A model generated the notes under the pieces. The model was given only the letters and a program-made list of their open reading frames with translations, had not been told where the DNA came from and made no database searches. Source: Promethearchaeota archaeon (GTDB taxonomy: Archaea; Asgardarchaeota; Hermodarchaeia; Hermodarchaeales; Hermodarchaeaceae). Taken from it: a stretch of DNA of 32,000 nt. The stretch covers positions 90,001-122,000 of the forward strand of contig JBHLMI010000004.1 of the NCBI GenBank assembly GCA_048938295.1, in the 5' to 3' direction. A program made the translations under genes and the position numbers. Positions 1-8,834 of this stretch are shown here, in pieces (within the stretch, counting starts at the first letter, position 1; each line of letters starts with the position of its first letter).

Positions 1-63
1 ATAACTCCTTTATTTGGGACAGGGTTCAAGTTGGCGGGAGACTAGCAACTGTATAAAGATTCC

Positions 64-792
64 TCACACCTCAATAGAGATTTTCAGACCATCAACGGTG
101 TAAGGGTACGATTCATATGTTTTGGGATTGTATCGCCCACCCGCTTTTTTAACACGTATCAGCCGTTGATTATTTTCTCGATTCAGTTCAACAACAATCT
201 GAGTGGTGTGTTCAATTGCTGCAAGGAACTCTTTATTATGAGCGTGTCTATTGATCGTCCAATAGGCCAATGTCTTGTATGCGTATAGTGCGGGGCAGAT
301 ATGTCCAAAAAGGCTCCGAGCATTCTCCTGCCCCCACAAGATTTCCATTGCTGTGAGACTATTTATCACAAGGCGGGTTTCATCACCGATAAACTCCCTT
401 TCGATGCGTCCAAAAAAGTGGTGAAACCTTTCAACTTCTCGTGACATGGGGACTTTGCGAATCCAAGATGGAGATTTGTCGTAAAAATCAGTAAAAACTA
501 GTTCCCCGCGACCTCCTGATTCTGAAAAACAATCTAATACTAAGAGATGGTTCTCCCAACCAGAAGGAAGGGAACTAATTAAGGGTTTTAGAAATAGTAA
601 CAAAGCTTGTGGCGGATATATGAAGTCCAGATAGATTACTTGCTTCTTTTCTTCAATTCCTTGTCGTAAGAAGTTTTGTAGGAATTCGTTGACGAAGGTT
701 CCGGTTTCATATTCCCAAACGACGTTTTCTCCAAGGATAAGTCCTTCACCAAGAATTTCATCGAATTTTGGAATGCCTGTTGAACTACGCAT
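64..792 (-). CDS. KaiC/RAD55-family ATPase-like protein, probably catalytically inactive
   Basis: N-terminus STGIPKFDEILGEGL matches the KaiC/RAD55 start motif. The Walker A region reads EYETGTFVNEF (no GKT/S) and Walker B reads LVINS (N for D). TATA-like TTTATATT on the minus strand at 814-821. Confidence 0.75.
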   Translation of the reverse strand: MRSSTGIPKFDEILGEGLILGENVVWEYETGTFVNEFLQNFLRQGIEEKKQVIYLDFIYPPQALLLFLKPLISSLPSGWENHLLVLDCFSESGGRGELVFTDFYDKSPSWIRKVPMSREVERFHHFFGRIEREFIGDETRLVINSLTAMEILWGQENARSLFGHICPALYAYKTLAYWTINRHAHNKEFLAAIEHTTQIVVELNRENNQRLIRVKKAGGRYNPKTYESYPYTVDGLKISIEV

Positions 793-813
793 GAGTTCTC
801 AACACATTCAATG

Positions 814-821
814 AATATAAA
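814..821 (-). promoter_or_regulatory. TATA box of the RAD55-like gene (probably leaderless transcript)
   Basis: TTTATATT on the minus strand, 22-29 nt upstream of the ATG at 792. Confidence 0.55.
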
Positions 822-851
822 CCGTGAATTAAATGTTTGATTGTTGTTTGA

Positions 852-897
852 TGTACATCCATGTACAAAGTGAACATAAGCTTTGAATAGTTGAACA
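852..897. promoter_or_regulatory. Putative operator array TG(T/A)ACA x4 upstream of gdh
   Basis: TGTACA 852-857, TGTACA 862-867, TGAACA 871-876, TGAACA 892-897. The last three share the 9/21 spacing seen at 2756-2791. Confidence 0.6.
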
Positions 898-927
898 CTA
901 TATTCTAACTTAACCAGGTGAAGTCAC

Positions 928-2706
928 ATGCTTAACCTGGTTGAATTAACACCAATTGAATTGGGCTTGCAGAAGTTAATGGTCGACTTCTTCGCTGATA
1001 AGCCCGAGTATACAGCCGGACTGGATCGATTTACATCCGCTCATTATGCCTTAATGACGGCATTATCTGAAAATTACAAGGTTCCCTTTGCGACAACATC
1101 AATGGTTTTCGAACAACTTGCCATGAAGATTCGTCGGGCTGAATATGTGAATGTTGAATGTCCTGATGAGTCATTAGGAAATGGTTGCCTAACCCGTCAA
1201 GAACTTCAAATTCTGGGTGCCATGTTTGATTATTTTGCTGAACAACCCTCACATGCTGAGGCCAGCCTTCTTACAAATCGTCGTGAAGTCTTCATAGATT
1301 ACTTCAAATGGATTCACGGTGGCAATATTGAAGAAATCTCGGTCTGCTGCGGCCAAGTGATTGATCGATTACAGAGCGCAGTTTCTGCCACAATTCAAAC
1401 CCTTGATTCAGTGACACCCACTCCTAATCCATATGAAGCGGCTCTTGAGCAACTGGATCTCGCTGCCGAAAAATTGGGTTTAGACCCAGCCACTCATGAG
1501 GTTTTGCGTCATCCACAGAGAATTCTCATCGTAAATATTCCAGTTCACATGGACGATGGAACAGTTCGTGTTTTCACTGGATATCGTTCCCAGTACAATG
1601 ATGCACTGGGACCTACGAAAGGGGGGATTCGATATCATCCTGATACAACACTCGATGAAGTGATTGCCTTATCGGCGTGGATGACCTTCAAAACTGCTGT
1701 CGTGGGCTTACCTCTGGGTGGCGGTAAAGGCGGGATACGGTGTAATCCCAAAGAAATGTCATTGGGCGAGCTTGAACGTTTAACCCGGGGATATACCAGA
1801 GAACTGGTTCGATTTATCGGCCCACAGACAGACGTCCCTGCCCCTGACGTGTATACGGATGCACAGATAATGACATGGATAATGGACGAATATGCTGAAT
1901 GCACAGGTCTTTATTGTCCGGGTGTGGTTACAGGAAAACCTGTGGGGATTGGTGGCTCGAAAGGTCGAGAGGAAGCAACCTCACTAGGATTAGTCTTCAC
2001 AGTGATTGAAGCAGTTCAAGAACTGGGAATCCCCCTTAACGAGACCCGAGTAGTTGTCCAAGGTTTTGGAAACGTTGGCTTTAACGCGGCTCAAATTCTA
2101 AATGAGCGAGGCTGTAAAATTATTGCTGTTTCTGATTCTCAGGGAGGAATATTCAATTCCGACGGGCTAGACCCTGAGCAGGTGAAAGAACACAAGAAAC
2201 TGTCCGGTTCAGTGATTGGCTACAAAGACGCTATTCCGATCAGTAATCATGATATTTTGGAACTTGATTGTGATATCCTGATTCCAGCTGCTTTAGAAAA
2301 CGTCATTACGGCTGAAAACGCCTCTAGAATCAAAGCGAAGATTATTGCTGAGGGAGCAAATGGCCCCACAACGCCTGAAGCCGATGTAATCCTACACCAA
2401 CAGAACGTCTTCTTAATCCCTGATATTCTTGCTAATGCTGGAGGCGTTACAGTCAGCTACTTCGAAATGGTCCAGAATCAAATCAATTACTTCTGGACTA
2501 TAGAAGAAGTTCATAGCAAGCTCAAACAAATCATGCAAACTGCATTTCACGATGTGCAGGTGCTTTCAAAGGAACATGATGTTCCCATGCGTATTGCCGC
2601 CTATATGCTTGCCTTGAGCCGTATCAGCTATGCAATGCAGATGAGAAAACGTTCATCTACTAAAGAACGTCTTACACAGCCTAAACAAAGAATCTTGAAA
2701 ACCTAA
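928..2706 (+). CDS. gdhA: Glu/Leu/Phe/Val dehydrogenase (glutamate dehydrogenase) with ~165-aa N-terminal extension
   Basis: Core from about residue 166: TKGGIRYHP, MTFK, GGGKGG, VPAPD, QGFGNVG (Rossmann), EGANGP, ANAGGVTVSYFE. The glutamate-binding lysines are retained. Confidence 0.93.
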   Translation: MLNLVELTPIELGLQKLMVDFFADKPEYTAGLDRFTSAHYALMTALSENYKVPFATTSMVFEQLAMKIRRAEYVNVECPDESLGNGCLTRQELQILGAMFDYFAEQPSHAEASLLTNRREVFIDYFKWIHGGNIEEISVCCGQVIDRLQSAVSATIQTLDSVTPTPNPYEAALEQLDLAAEKLGLDPATHEVLRHPQRILIVNIPVHMDDGTVRVFTGYRSQYNDALGPTKGGIRYHPDTTLDEVIALSAWMTFKTAVVGLPLGGGKGGIRCNPKEMSLGELERLTRGYTRELVRFIGPQTDVPAPDVYTDAQIMTWIMDEYAECTGLYCPGVVTGKPVGIGGSKGREEATSLGLVFTVIEAVQELGIPLNETRVVVQGFGNVGFNAAQILNERGCKIIAVSDSQGGIFNSDGLDPEQVKEHKKLSGSVIGYKDAIPISNHDILELDCDILIPAALENVITAENASRIKAKIIAEGANGPTTPEADVILHQQNVFLIPDILANAGGVTVSYFEMVQNQINYFWTIEEVHSKLKQIMQTAFHDVQVLSKEHDVPMRIAAYMLALSRISYAMQMRKRSSTKERLTQPKQRILKT

Positions 2707-2743
2707 AAGGCAGTCAATCACTGCCTTTATCTTTCTTTTTTTT
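2706..2743 (+). terminator. Hairpin plus T-tract terminator after gdhA
   Basis: AAAGGCAGT-caatc-ACTGCCTTT perfect 9-bp stem, followed by atctttctttttttt. Confidence 0.75.
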
Positions 2744-2755
2744 CTGATTCCATGG

Positions 2756-2791
2756 TGTACATAATGTACAAGATTAATAAACGAGTGTACA
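2756..2791. promoter_or_regulatory. Putative operator array TGTACA x3 flanking the TATA box of the RHH regulator gene
   Basis: TGTACA at 2756, 2765 and 2786, with the TATA-like ATTAATAA (2773-2780) between boxes 2 and 3. Confidence 0.65.
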
Positions 2792-2815
2792 CCGATTGAA
2801 ATTGAGGGAACATCG

Positions 2816-4747
2816 TTGTCGGTGCATATCCACACAACCATCCCCAAAAAAACTGGAGCAATTTTAGATGAATTAGCAGGAACGTATGGGACTAAAAGTC
2901 GTGTTATTGAAACGGCTTTGGAGACGTTACTACGCGTTGATAAGGTAGGGTCCTGCGATGATTGCCAATTAAAGGCCCAAATCGAAGAAGAGATCAAACT
3001 CCGTGAATCCATAGAGCTAGCCTCGATTCGTCGAGACTTGCTGGATGAGCTTCTAAAAGTTGCACTAGCAGACAAAACATTTGAAGAATTCATTCAATGG
3101 CAACAAAATGAGGTACAGAATACAATAGAACTAATTCAGAATACAATCCATTGGAAACCCCCCACCCAATTTCATGAATTTCTTGCAGTGATTGACCAAA
3201 TTAGTAGGACAACAAAGGCGTTTGAAATTGCTTCTCACCGCGAAACCGATAACACCATCGTGTTACGCCCCTTGGTCTTTCTTAGATTACCCCAATTGGT
3301 TGCTTTACAACTCACGATTATACTTGAAGGAATTGGCAGTCATTTTGATCTTCGAATTATGCGTAAAGAAATCATTATCAAAATGCTTCGAAGAGATTTA
3401 TCAACTATACGACACACTGACCCCATGCAACTCGTTCTTCAAAGCCTGCAGGAGAAGTTAACCACCATTCGACCATTAATCTTTAAGGAACAACTTGCGC
3501 TAGTTGGACCAGCATTCTTGAAATGGGCGACGAAGAACCTCGAAGACTCTGTTACGGATTTGGGAACAGCCATAGAAGATATCCAGTTATTTTTGAAACC
3601 CACTGAACTATCTGATGTACCCCAAGAATTCATGCAAGGATTACTCGAAGCTGTTCAAGGAATGAATTGGATTTCGCAATACAAAATTAAAACAGAATCC
3701 AACAATCAATGCCACATCACCTTTCAAGCAACCTCACCTCCCATCGCAAATATCACTACAGTAAGCCTTGCCATAATTTTAGCAACTCGTGGATGGAAAC
3801 TCATCCGGCACTCAACTGAATACAATAATGGCTCACTAATCGTCGAATTAGCAGGAGAAGGGTCTCAGAAAATTTTAGACCAACTGAGTGATTTGAATCT
3901 TTATGGTGTGGTAAATGAACAGTTCCTTGATTCCATTCCAGTCCCCCGGGAATTATACGAAACCTTTGCTATTAAAATATATGACAGTGATCGGCGACGA
4001 TTTGAAGAAATCTATAGAAACATGGGCTTCCGAGTCGCAAATGCAATTCGTATGCTGAGCAACAATGATGATTCGCGCACACTGCAACTCATTCAAATGT
4101 TTATCGAAAAGAACGTTCATCAATCTCAACCCAATGCTGACGTTCGCTTTGTTGATGATGAAAATTTCTCTATTGTCTTCAAGAAAATGAATGTGGTGAT
4201 ATTAGCCAGCCAACGATTAATCATTGGAGCGATGCTTGAAGCACTGGGGTATCAGGTCACATTCACAGAGTTTCAAAACCTACTGAATGTTGTGATGAAG
4301 AAAATTGACAAGCCCTTTCTGAGCCCCCTTCATCGAAGAGAAGTCGTTCAGATGGTGAGTGACGCTATTGCCGCGGATTCAGCGAAAAACGCCCTTAACC
4401 AAGTAAAACCGACCTTAGATGATCTGTTCCCCCTGGAATACCCCTGGACGATTCATGAAATTGGAGATCGGCTCCTAGAAATGTATCGTGAGTTGGGAAT
4501 ACAGGTAGAAGTCGAGTACTTCGAAGGCGGATTTACCCTCAAATATCGCACATGCCCTTATTACAAACTAGTGAAGAATGATCAAAAGACTTGGCTCTGT
4601 ACCTTCCGTAAAAAAGCCATCGAGTACATTCTATCACGAGTTACAAAGACCGGAAAAGGACGGATTAGGGTAATTAAATCGCTTATCCAAGACGGCACAC
4701 ATCCTTGCGAATATGCAGTTTTCCTAGAGGAATTTCTAGCAACATAA
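2816..4747 (+). CDS. Putative one-component regulator: N-terminal ribbon-helix-helix, CxxC, tandem V4R/methanogen-output-like domains
   Basis: HIHTTI-PKKTGAILDELAG-TYG-TKSRVIETALETL fits the RHH strand-helix-helix pattern, followed by SCDDC. The C-terminal TCPYY..LC..HPCEY Cys triad is V4R/MetOD-like. TTG start with GAGGGA upstream. Confidence 0.6.
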   Translation: MSVHIHTTIPKKTGAILDELAGTYGTKSRVIETALETLLRVDKVGSCDDCQLKAQIEEEIKLRESIELASIRRDLLDELLKVALADKTFEEFIQWQQNEVQNTIELIQNTIHWKPPTQFHEFLAVIDQISRTTKAFEIASHRETDNTIVLRPLVFLRLPQLVALQLTIILEGIGSHFDLRIMRKEIIIKMLRRDLSTIRHTDPMQLVLQSLQEKLTTIRPLIFKEQLALVGPAFLKWATKNLEDSVTDLGTAIEDIQLFLKPTELSDVPQEFMQGLLEAVQGMNWISQYKIKTESNNQCHITFQATSPPIANITTVSLAIILATRGWKLIRHSTEYNNGSLIVELAGEGSQKILDQLSDLNLYGVVNEQFLDSIPVPRELYETFAIKIYDSDRRRFEEIYRNMGFRVANAIRMLSNNDDSRTLQLIQMFIEKNVHQSQPNADVRFVDDENFSIVFKKMNVVILASQRLIIGAMLEALGYQVTFTEFQNLLNVVMKKIDKPFLSPLHRREVVQMVSDAIAADSAKNALNQVKPTLDDLFPLEYPWTIHEIGDRLLEMYRELGIQVEVEYFEGGFTLKYRTCPYYKLVKNDQKTWLCTFRKKAIEYILSRVTKTGKGRIRVIKSLIQDGTHPCEYAVFLEEFLAT

Positions 4748-4849
4748 TTGGAGAAGAGAAAGCATTGTGTTTTAAATTCAATTGTATAAACAAGGCCTGT
4801 ATAACCTTGGGAGGGTTTCATAGACTGAAGGAATTAAGGAGGATTTGTA

Positions 4850-7663
4850 TTGGTAACAACCAATTTGGATCACATATTTAATCCTAAGAATATTGCCGTC
4901 ATTGGAGCTAGCGAAGAGGAGGGATCAGTGGGACATATTCTGATGCGCAATTTGGCGATGAATGGATTTGGTGAAAAGGTCTTTCCTGTGAATATTCGTC
5001 GCACAGAAGTAATGGGCATTAAGGCTTATCCGACGGTAGGAGAAATCTCACAGCCTATTGACTTAGCGATCATTGCGACTCCAGCAAAAACTGTGCCCGA
5101 GATTGTTGAAGAATGTGGAAAAAAAGGAATTAGGGGAATAATAATCATCTCAGCTGGGTTCAAGGAAATTGGCTCTGAGGGACTTGCACTCGAGAAGGAA
5201 TTAATTGAGTTAAAAAAGAAGTACAATCTTCGAATAATCGGACCCAACTGTTTTGGTATTATTCGTCCGAGTATCCAATTAAATGCAACCTTTGCAGAAG
5301 CGATGCCAAAGGCTGGGAATATTGCATTCATCTCTCAGAGTGGAGCCTTAGGTTCAGCTATCATTGATTGGGCACTTGGTCAAAATCTGGGATTCAGTAA
5401 TTTTGTTTCAGTTGGTTCGATGATTGATGTGGATTTTGGGGATTTAATCGATTATTTTGGAACTGATCCCCAAACGCGAAGTATAATCCTGTACATCGAG
5501 GGCATATCCGATGCGAGGAAGTTTATGAGCGCTGCCCGTCACTTTGCGAAAACTAAACCCATTATTGTGGTAAAAGCAGGTCGGTTTAGCGAAAGTGCCC
5601 AGGCAGCTGCCTCACACACCGGCTCACTGACAGGGTCAGATCTGGTTTACGATGCAGCTTTCAAACGGGCAGGTATTGTACGTATCGAAGAAATTTCGGA
5701 TCTATTTAATGCGGCAGAAACATTGGGAATGCAACCATTACCAGAAGGCCCACGTTTAGCAATCGTCACAAATGCGGGGGGCCCAGGCGTGATGGCAGCA
5801 GATGCTTTACTGCAAAAGAGAGGAAAACTTGCCCAACTATCAGAAACCACAATAAAAAAATTGAACAAGATTCTGCCACCATTTTGGAGCCAAGGAAATC
5901 CTATCGATATTTTAGGCGACGCCGATGCCCAACGCTACCGCGAAGCGATGAGTATATGCCTAGCTGATAAAAACGTTGATGGAATCCTGCTTATTTACAC
6001 CCCACAAGCGATTGCTGCCGCTGAAACTATTGCACAGAATATCGTTTCAGCTTGTGACGCCCGCGGAGGATGTGAAAAAACCATATTGACCTCATTTATG
6101 GGCGGAAATAAAGTCGAAAAAGCTAACCAGATTTTCACAGAAAACGGATACCCTACATATTGGACTCCCGAACACGCTGTTGCAACTTACATGTATATGT
6201 ACCAATACAAACGAAATCTTGAGTTATTATATGAAACTCCTGAAGAACTCCCCATTGAGAGCGCGCCTCCAAAACGTCCCGTTATGGTGCTTTTACGAAA
6301 TGCAGCTAAGGAGAAGCGTGAAATCCTTACTGAAGTGGAAGCCAAAAAGCTTCTAGAATTTTATAATATTCCTGTGGTAAAAACCCGAATCGCGAAATCA
6401 GTGGATGAAGCCGCTGCAGCTGCAGCCACAATAGGATATCCGGTCGTCTTGAAGATTTACTCACCCGATATCACACACAAATCTGATGCCGGTGGAGTAA
6501 AACTCAATCTACGTGATGATAACGAAGTGCGCAATGCTTACAATCTCATTATCGAAGCAGCTAAAGCTTACAAACCAAAGGCTAAGATTCAAGGCGTGAC
6601 GGTCCAGGAAATGATTGAACCCACAGGAACGGAAGTTATTCTGGGCGCAAACCGCGACCCTCTCTTTGGACCCGTCATACTCTTTGGAATGGGAGGCGTA
6701 GGCGTCGAATTTTTCCATGATGTATCACTTGGTTTTCCTCCTCTCAATCAAACTCTTGCACGACGAATCATGGAAGACACCCGAGTATATGAGGTTCTCG
6801 TCAAAGGACACCGACAGACCATCCCGGCCAATCTCAAATTATTAGAAGAACTCATAGTTCGCTTCTCTCAAATGATTGTCGATTTTCCCGAAATCAAAGA
6901 GATAGACATCAATCCACTTCTTGTCGATGACAAACAAGCCATTGCATTAGATGCTCGCGTCGTACTCGATTTATCACGAATAGAAAAAAAATCAGACACC
7001 CCACAGGAACTAATAATAAGTCCTTATCCAAAACGGTATGAACAGATTTGGCGCATGCGAGATGGACGTACCGTCTTATTCCGCCCAATCAAGCCTGAAG
7101 ACGAACCACTTTGGTTAGAAATGTTTCAAAACTTTTCTGAAGAATCGATTCGCTACCGGTTTTTTCAAATCATTAAAGATACGCCCCACGAAGTTAGGAT
7201 ACGATACACAAATATCGATTATGACCGGGAAATCGCCATCGTCCCCATATTACACGAAAAAGGAAAAGATAGAATCTTAGGTGTGGTACGATTAATAGAA
7301 GAACCAGATAGAAAACGGGGAGAAATCGCCTTTATCATTGCTGATCCATGGCAAGGTCTTGGACTCGGCTCCAAGTTAATTGACTTTATGATTGAAATCG
7401 CAATTGACAGAGGATTGGAAGAAATCTATGGAATGATGCTCCCCGATAATTATCGAGCACATAAAATAATGGAAAAAATGGGATTTGCGCTCGAACGGAC
7501 AAAAGATGGGCTGGTCAAAGCCACACTCGATTTAATGGAAGAAAGACGCTGGCGAGCACCACGAGAATTTCGCCCCAGCTCTGATGCTGCAATTGAAGTG
7601 GAAGAACCGAAGAAGCATGTTCAAGCATCAAAGGAACGAAGGAAAAAAGCCAAAAAGTCCTGA
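4850..7663 (+). CDS. ADP-forming acetate/acyl-CoA ligase (alpha+beta) fused to a C-terminal GNAT acetyltransferase (Pat/PatZ-type architecture)
   Basis: CoA-binding AVIGAS, IGPNCFG, SQSGA, ASHTGS (catalytic His), NAGGPG, ATP-grasp THKSDAGGV, DINPL; GNAT with GEIAFIIADPWQGLGLG. SD AAGGAGGA at 4836-4843, TTG start. Confidence 0.9.
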   Translation: MVTTNLDHIFNPKNIAVIGASEEEGSVGHILMRNLAMNGFGEKVFPVNIRRTEVMGIKAYPTVGEISQPIDLAIIATPAKTVPEIVEECGKKGIRGIIIISAGFKEIGSEGLALEKELIELKKKYNLRIIGPNCFGIIRPSIQLNATFAEAMPKAGNIAFISQSGALGSAIIDWALGQNLGFSNFVSVGSMIDVDFGDLIDYFGTDPQTRSIILYIEGISDARKFMSAARHFAKTKPIIVVKAGRFSESAQAAASHTGSLTGSDLVYDAAFKRAGIVRIEEISDLFNAAETLGMQPLPEGPRLAIVTNAGGPGVMAADALLQKRGKLAQLSETTIKKLNKILPPFWSQGNPIDILGDADAQRYREAMSICLADKNVDGILLIYTPQAIAAAETIAQNIVSACDARGGCEKTILTSFMGGNKVEKANQIFTENGYPTYWTPEHAVATYMYMYQYKRNLELLYETPEELPIESAPPKRPVMVLLRNAAKEKREILTEVEAKKLLEFYNIPVVKTRIAKSVDEAAAAAATIGYPVVLKIYSPDITHKSDAGGVKLNLRDDNEVRNAYNLIIEAAKAYKPKAKIQGVTVQEMIEPTGTEVILGANRDPLFGPVILFGMGGVGVEFFHDVSLGFPPLNQTLARRIMEDTRVYEVLVKGHRQTIPANLKLLEELIVRFSQMIVDFPEIKEIDINPLLVDDKQAIALDARVVLDLSRIEKKSDTPQELIISPYPKRYEQIWRMRDGRTVLFRPIKPEDEPLWLEMFQNFSEESIRYRFFQIIKDTPHEVRIRYTNIDYDREIAIVPILHEKGKDRILGVVRLIEEPDRKRGEIAFIIADPWQGLGLGSKLIDFMIEIAIDRGLEEIYGMMLPDNYRAHKIMEKMGFALERTKDGLVKATLDLMEERRWRAPREFRPSSDAAIEVEEPKKHVQASKERRKKAKKS

Positions 7664-7692
7664 ATCAAGTGAACCATAGGTGTGAATTCCGT

Positions 7693-8229
7693 ATGACAAA
7701 TTTATGGCGTATGTTACCGCCAGGTTCGAATCCACCAAAACGGGTTAATGTAATCGTGGAAGTCCCCAAGGGGGAGACGAACAAATACGAATACGATCAT
7801 GAATTAGGGTTCTTTCGTCTGGACAGAGTACTGTATGGAGCACTCTACTATCCGGCTGACTACGGGATTATTCCACAAACCTGGTATATTGATAACGATC
7901 CGTTAGATATCATGGTACTAACATCCAAACCCACATTTACTGGTTGCGTTCTGGAAGCCAGACCTATTGGCATGCTCACTATGGAAGATGAAAAAGGTGA
8001 AGATGATAAAATCATCAGTGTGCCAATATCTGATCCACGGTTTGAAGAGCTGACTGATTGTTCCTTGATGGCCAAGCATCTTCGTGTCGAGATTGCTGAC
8101 TTTTTTTTAAATTATAAAAATCTTGAACCACGGAAATGGGTTAAGGTCAAAGAATGGAAAGAGTCCCCTGAAGCAGAGAAAATCATCAATCTATCAATCA
8201 AGATGTATCAGGAGAGATCAGCTGACTAG
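7693..8229 (+). CDS. ppa: Inorganic pyrophosphatase (family I)
   Basis: EVPKGETNKYEYD, YPADYG, DNDPLD, DEKGEDDKII, FFLNYK motifs. Start taken at ATG 7693 (the ORF track opens at GTG 7669). Confidence 0.95.
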   Translation: MTNLWRMLPPGSNPPKRVNVIVEVPKGETNKYEYDHELGFFRLDRVLYGALYYPADYGIIPQTWYIDNDPLDIMVLTSKPTFTGCVLEARPIGMLTMEDEKGEDDKIISVPISDPRFEELTDCSLMAKHLRVEIADFFLNYKNLEPRKWVKVKEWKESPEAEKIINLSIKMYQERSAD

Positions 8230-8830
8230 CGGATTTACCAGAAACCCTATTCTTTCGATGTTGCGCAAAAAACATCCGAATACTCGGAACTAGAAAAGGA
8301 GTCTTTCGTTTATAATCCAGATATTTTTCGCCAAACCGGCGGATTAAACTGGGTTCCTCACGTCTCTTGATTATGATGATTTGAATCCCGAGCACGATAG
8401 CAGGAATTAACAAACTCATTCCAAGGGATCTGAATAATAATCCCATGCCCAGTGGAAGCAGTGTATACCCAAAGGTCATAGGATTCCGTGTGTATGTAAA
8501 AATCCCGGTGGTCACGAGAGTTGATGATTGAGAAGCTTTTGTTGCTTCGCCCCAGGGAAGCCCCTTACCCACCTTGTGCAATTGCCGAGTCGCCTTGATG
8601 CCCACTGCTGCACCTCCAACCATCACAATTACACCGGATATAATGTTGAAGGGGAAAGGAGGAAAAGGAGGAAGCGACAGGATAAGGTCAGTCCAGCTTC
8701 CGAGTAGAAAGGTTCCAAACGGCACCAACAGAAAGATGAGCAAATAGGGTATGAAATAACGTAACTGAATTTTTGGCTGAGCCTTCGTATCCGCCTGTAT
8801 TTCACTGTCAGGCATCACAATCTCCTTCAA
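8198..8830 (-). CDS. Isoprenylcysteine carboxylmethyltransferase/PEMT-family membrane methyltransferase
   Basis: Several TM segments; LVTTGIFTYTRNPM and EEPSLIRRFGEKYLDYK motifs typical of ICMT/PEMT. Confidence 0.85.
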   Translation of the reverse strand: MKEIVMPDSEIQADTKAQPKIQLRYFIPYLLIFLLVPFGTFLLGSWTDLILSLPPFPPFPFNIISGVIVMVGGAAVGIKATRQLHKVGKGLPWGEATKASQSSTLVTTGIFTYTRNPMTFGYTLLPLGMGLLFRSLGMSLLIPAIVLGIQIIIIKRREEPSLIRRFGEKYLDYKRKTPFLVPSIRMFFAQHRKNRVSGKSASQLISPDTS

Positions 8831-8834
8831 ATAA

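Noticed and set aside
7724-7737. T-loop-like GGTTCGAATCC inside ppa
   Set aside because: It lies in coding sequence and no cloverleaf forms around it.
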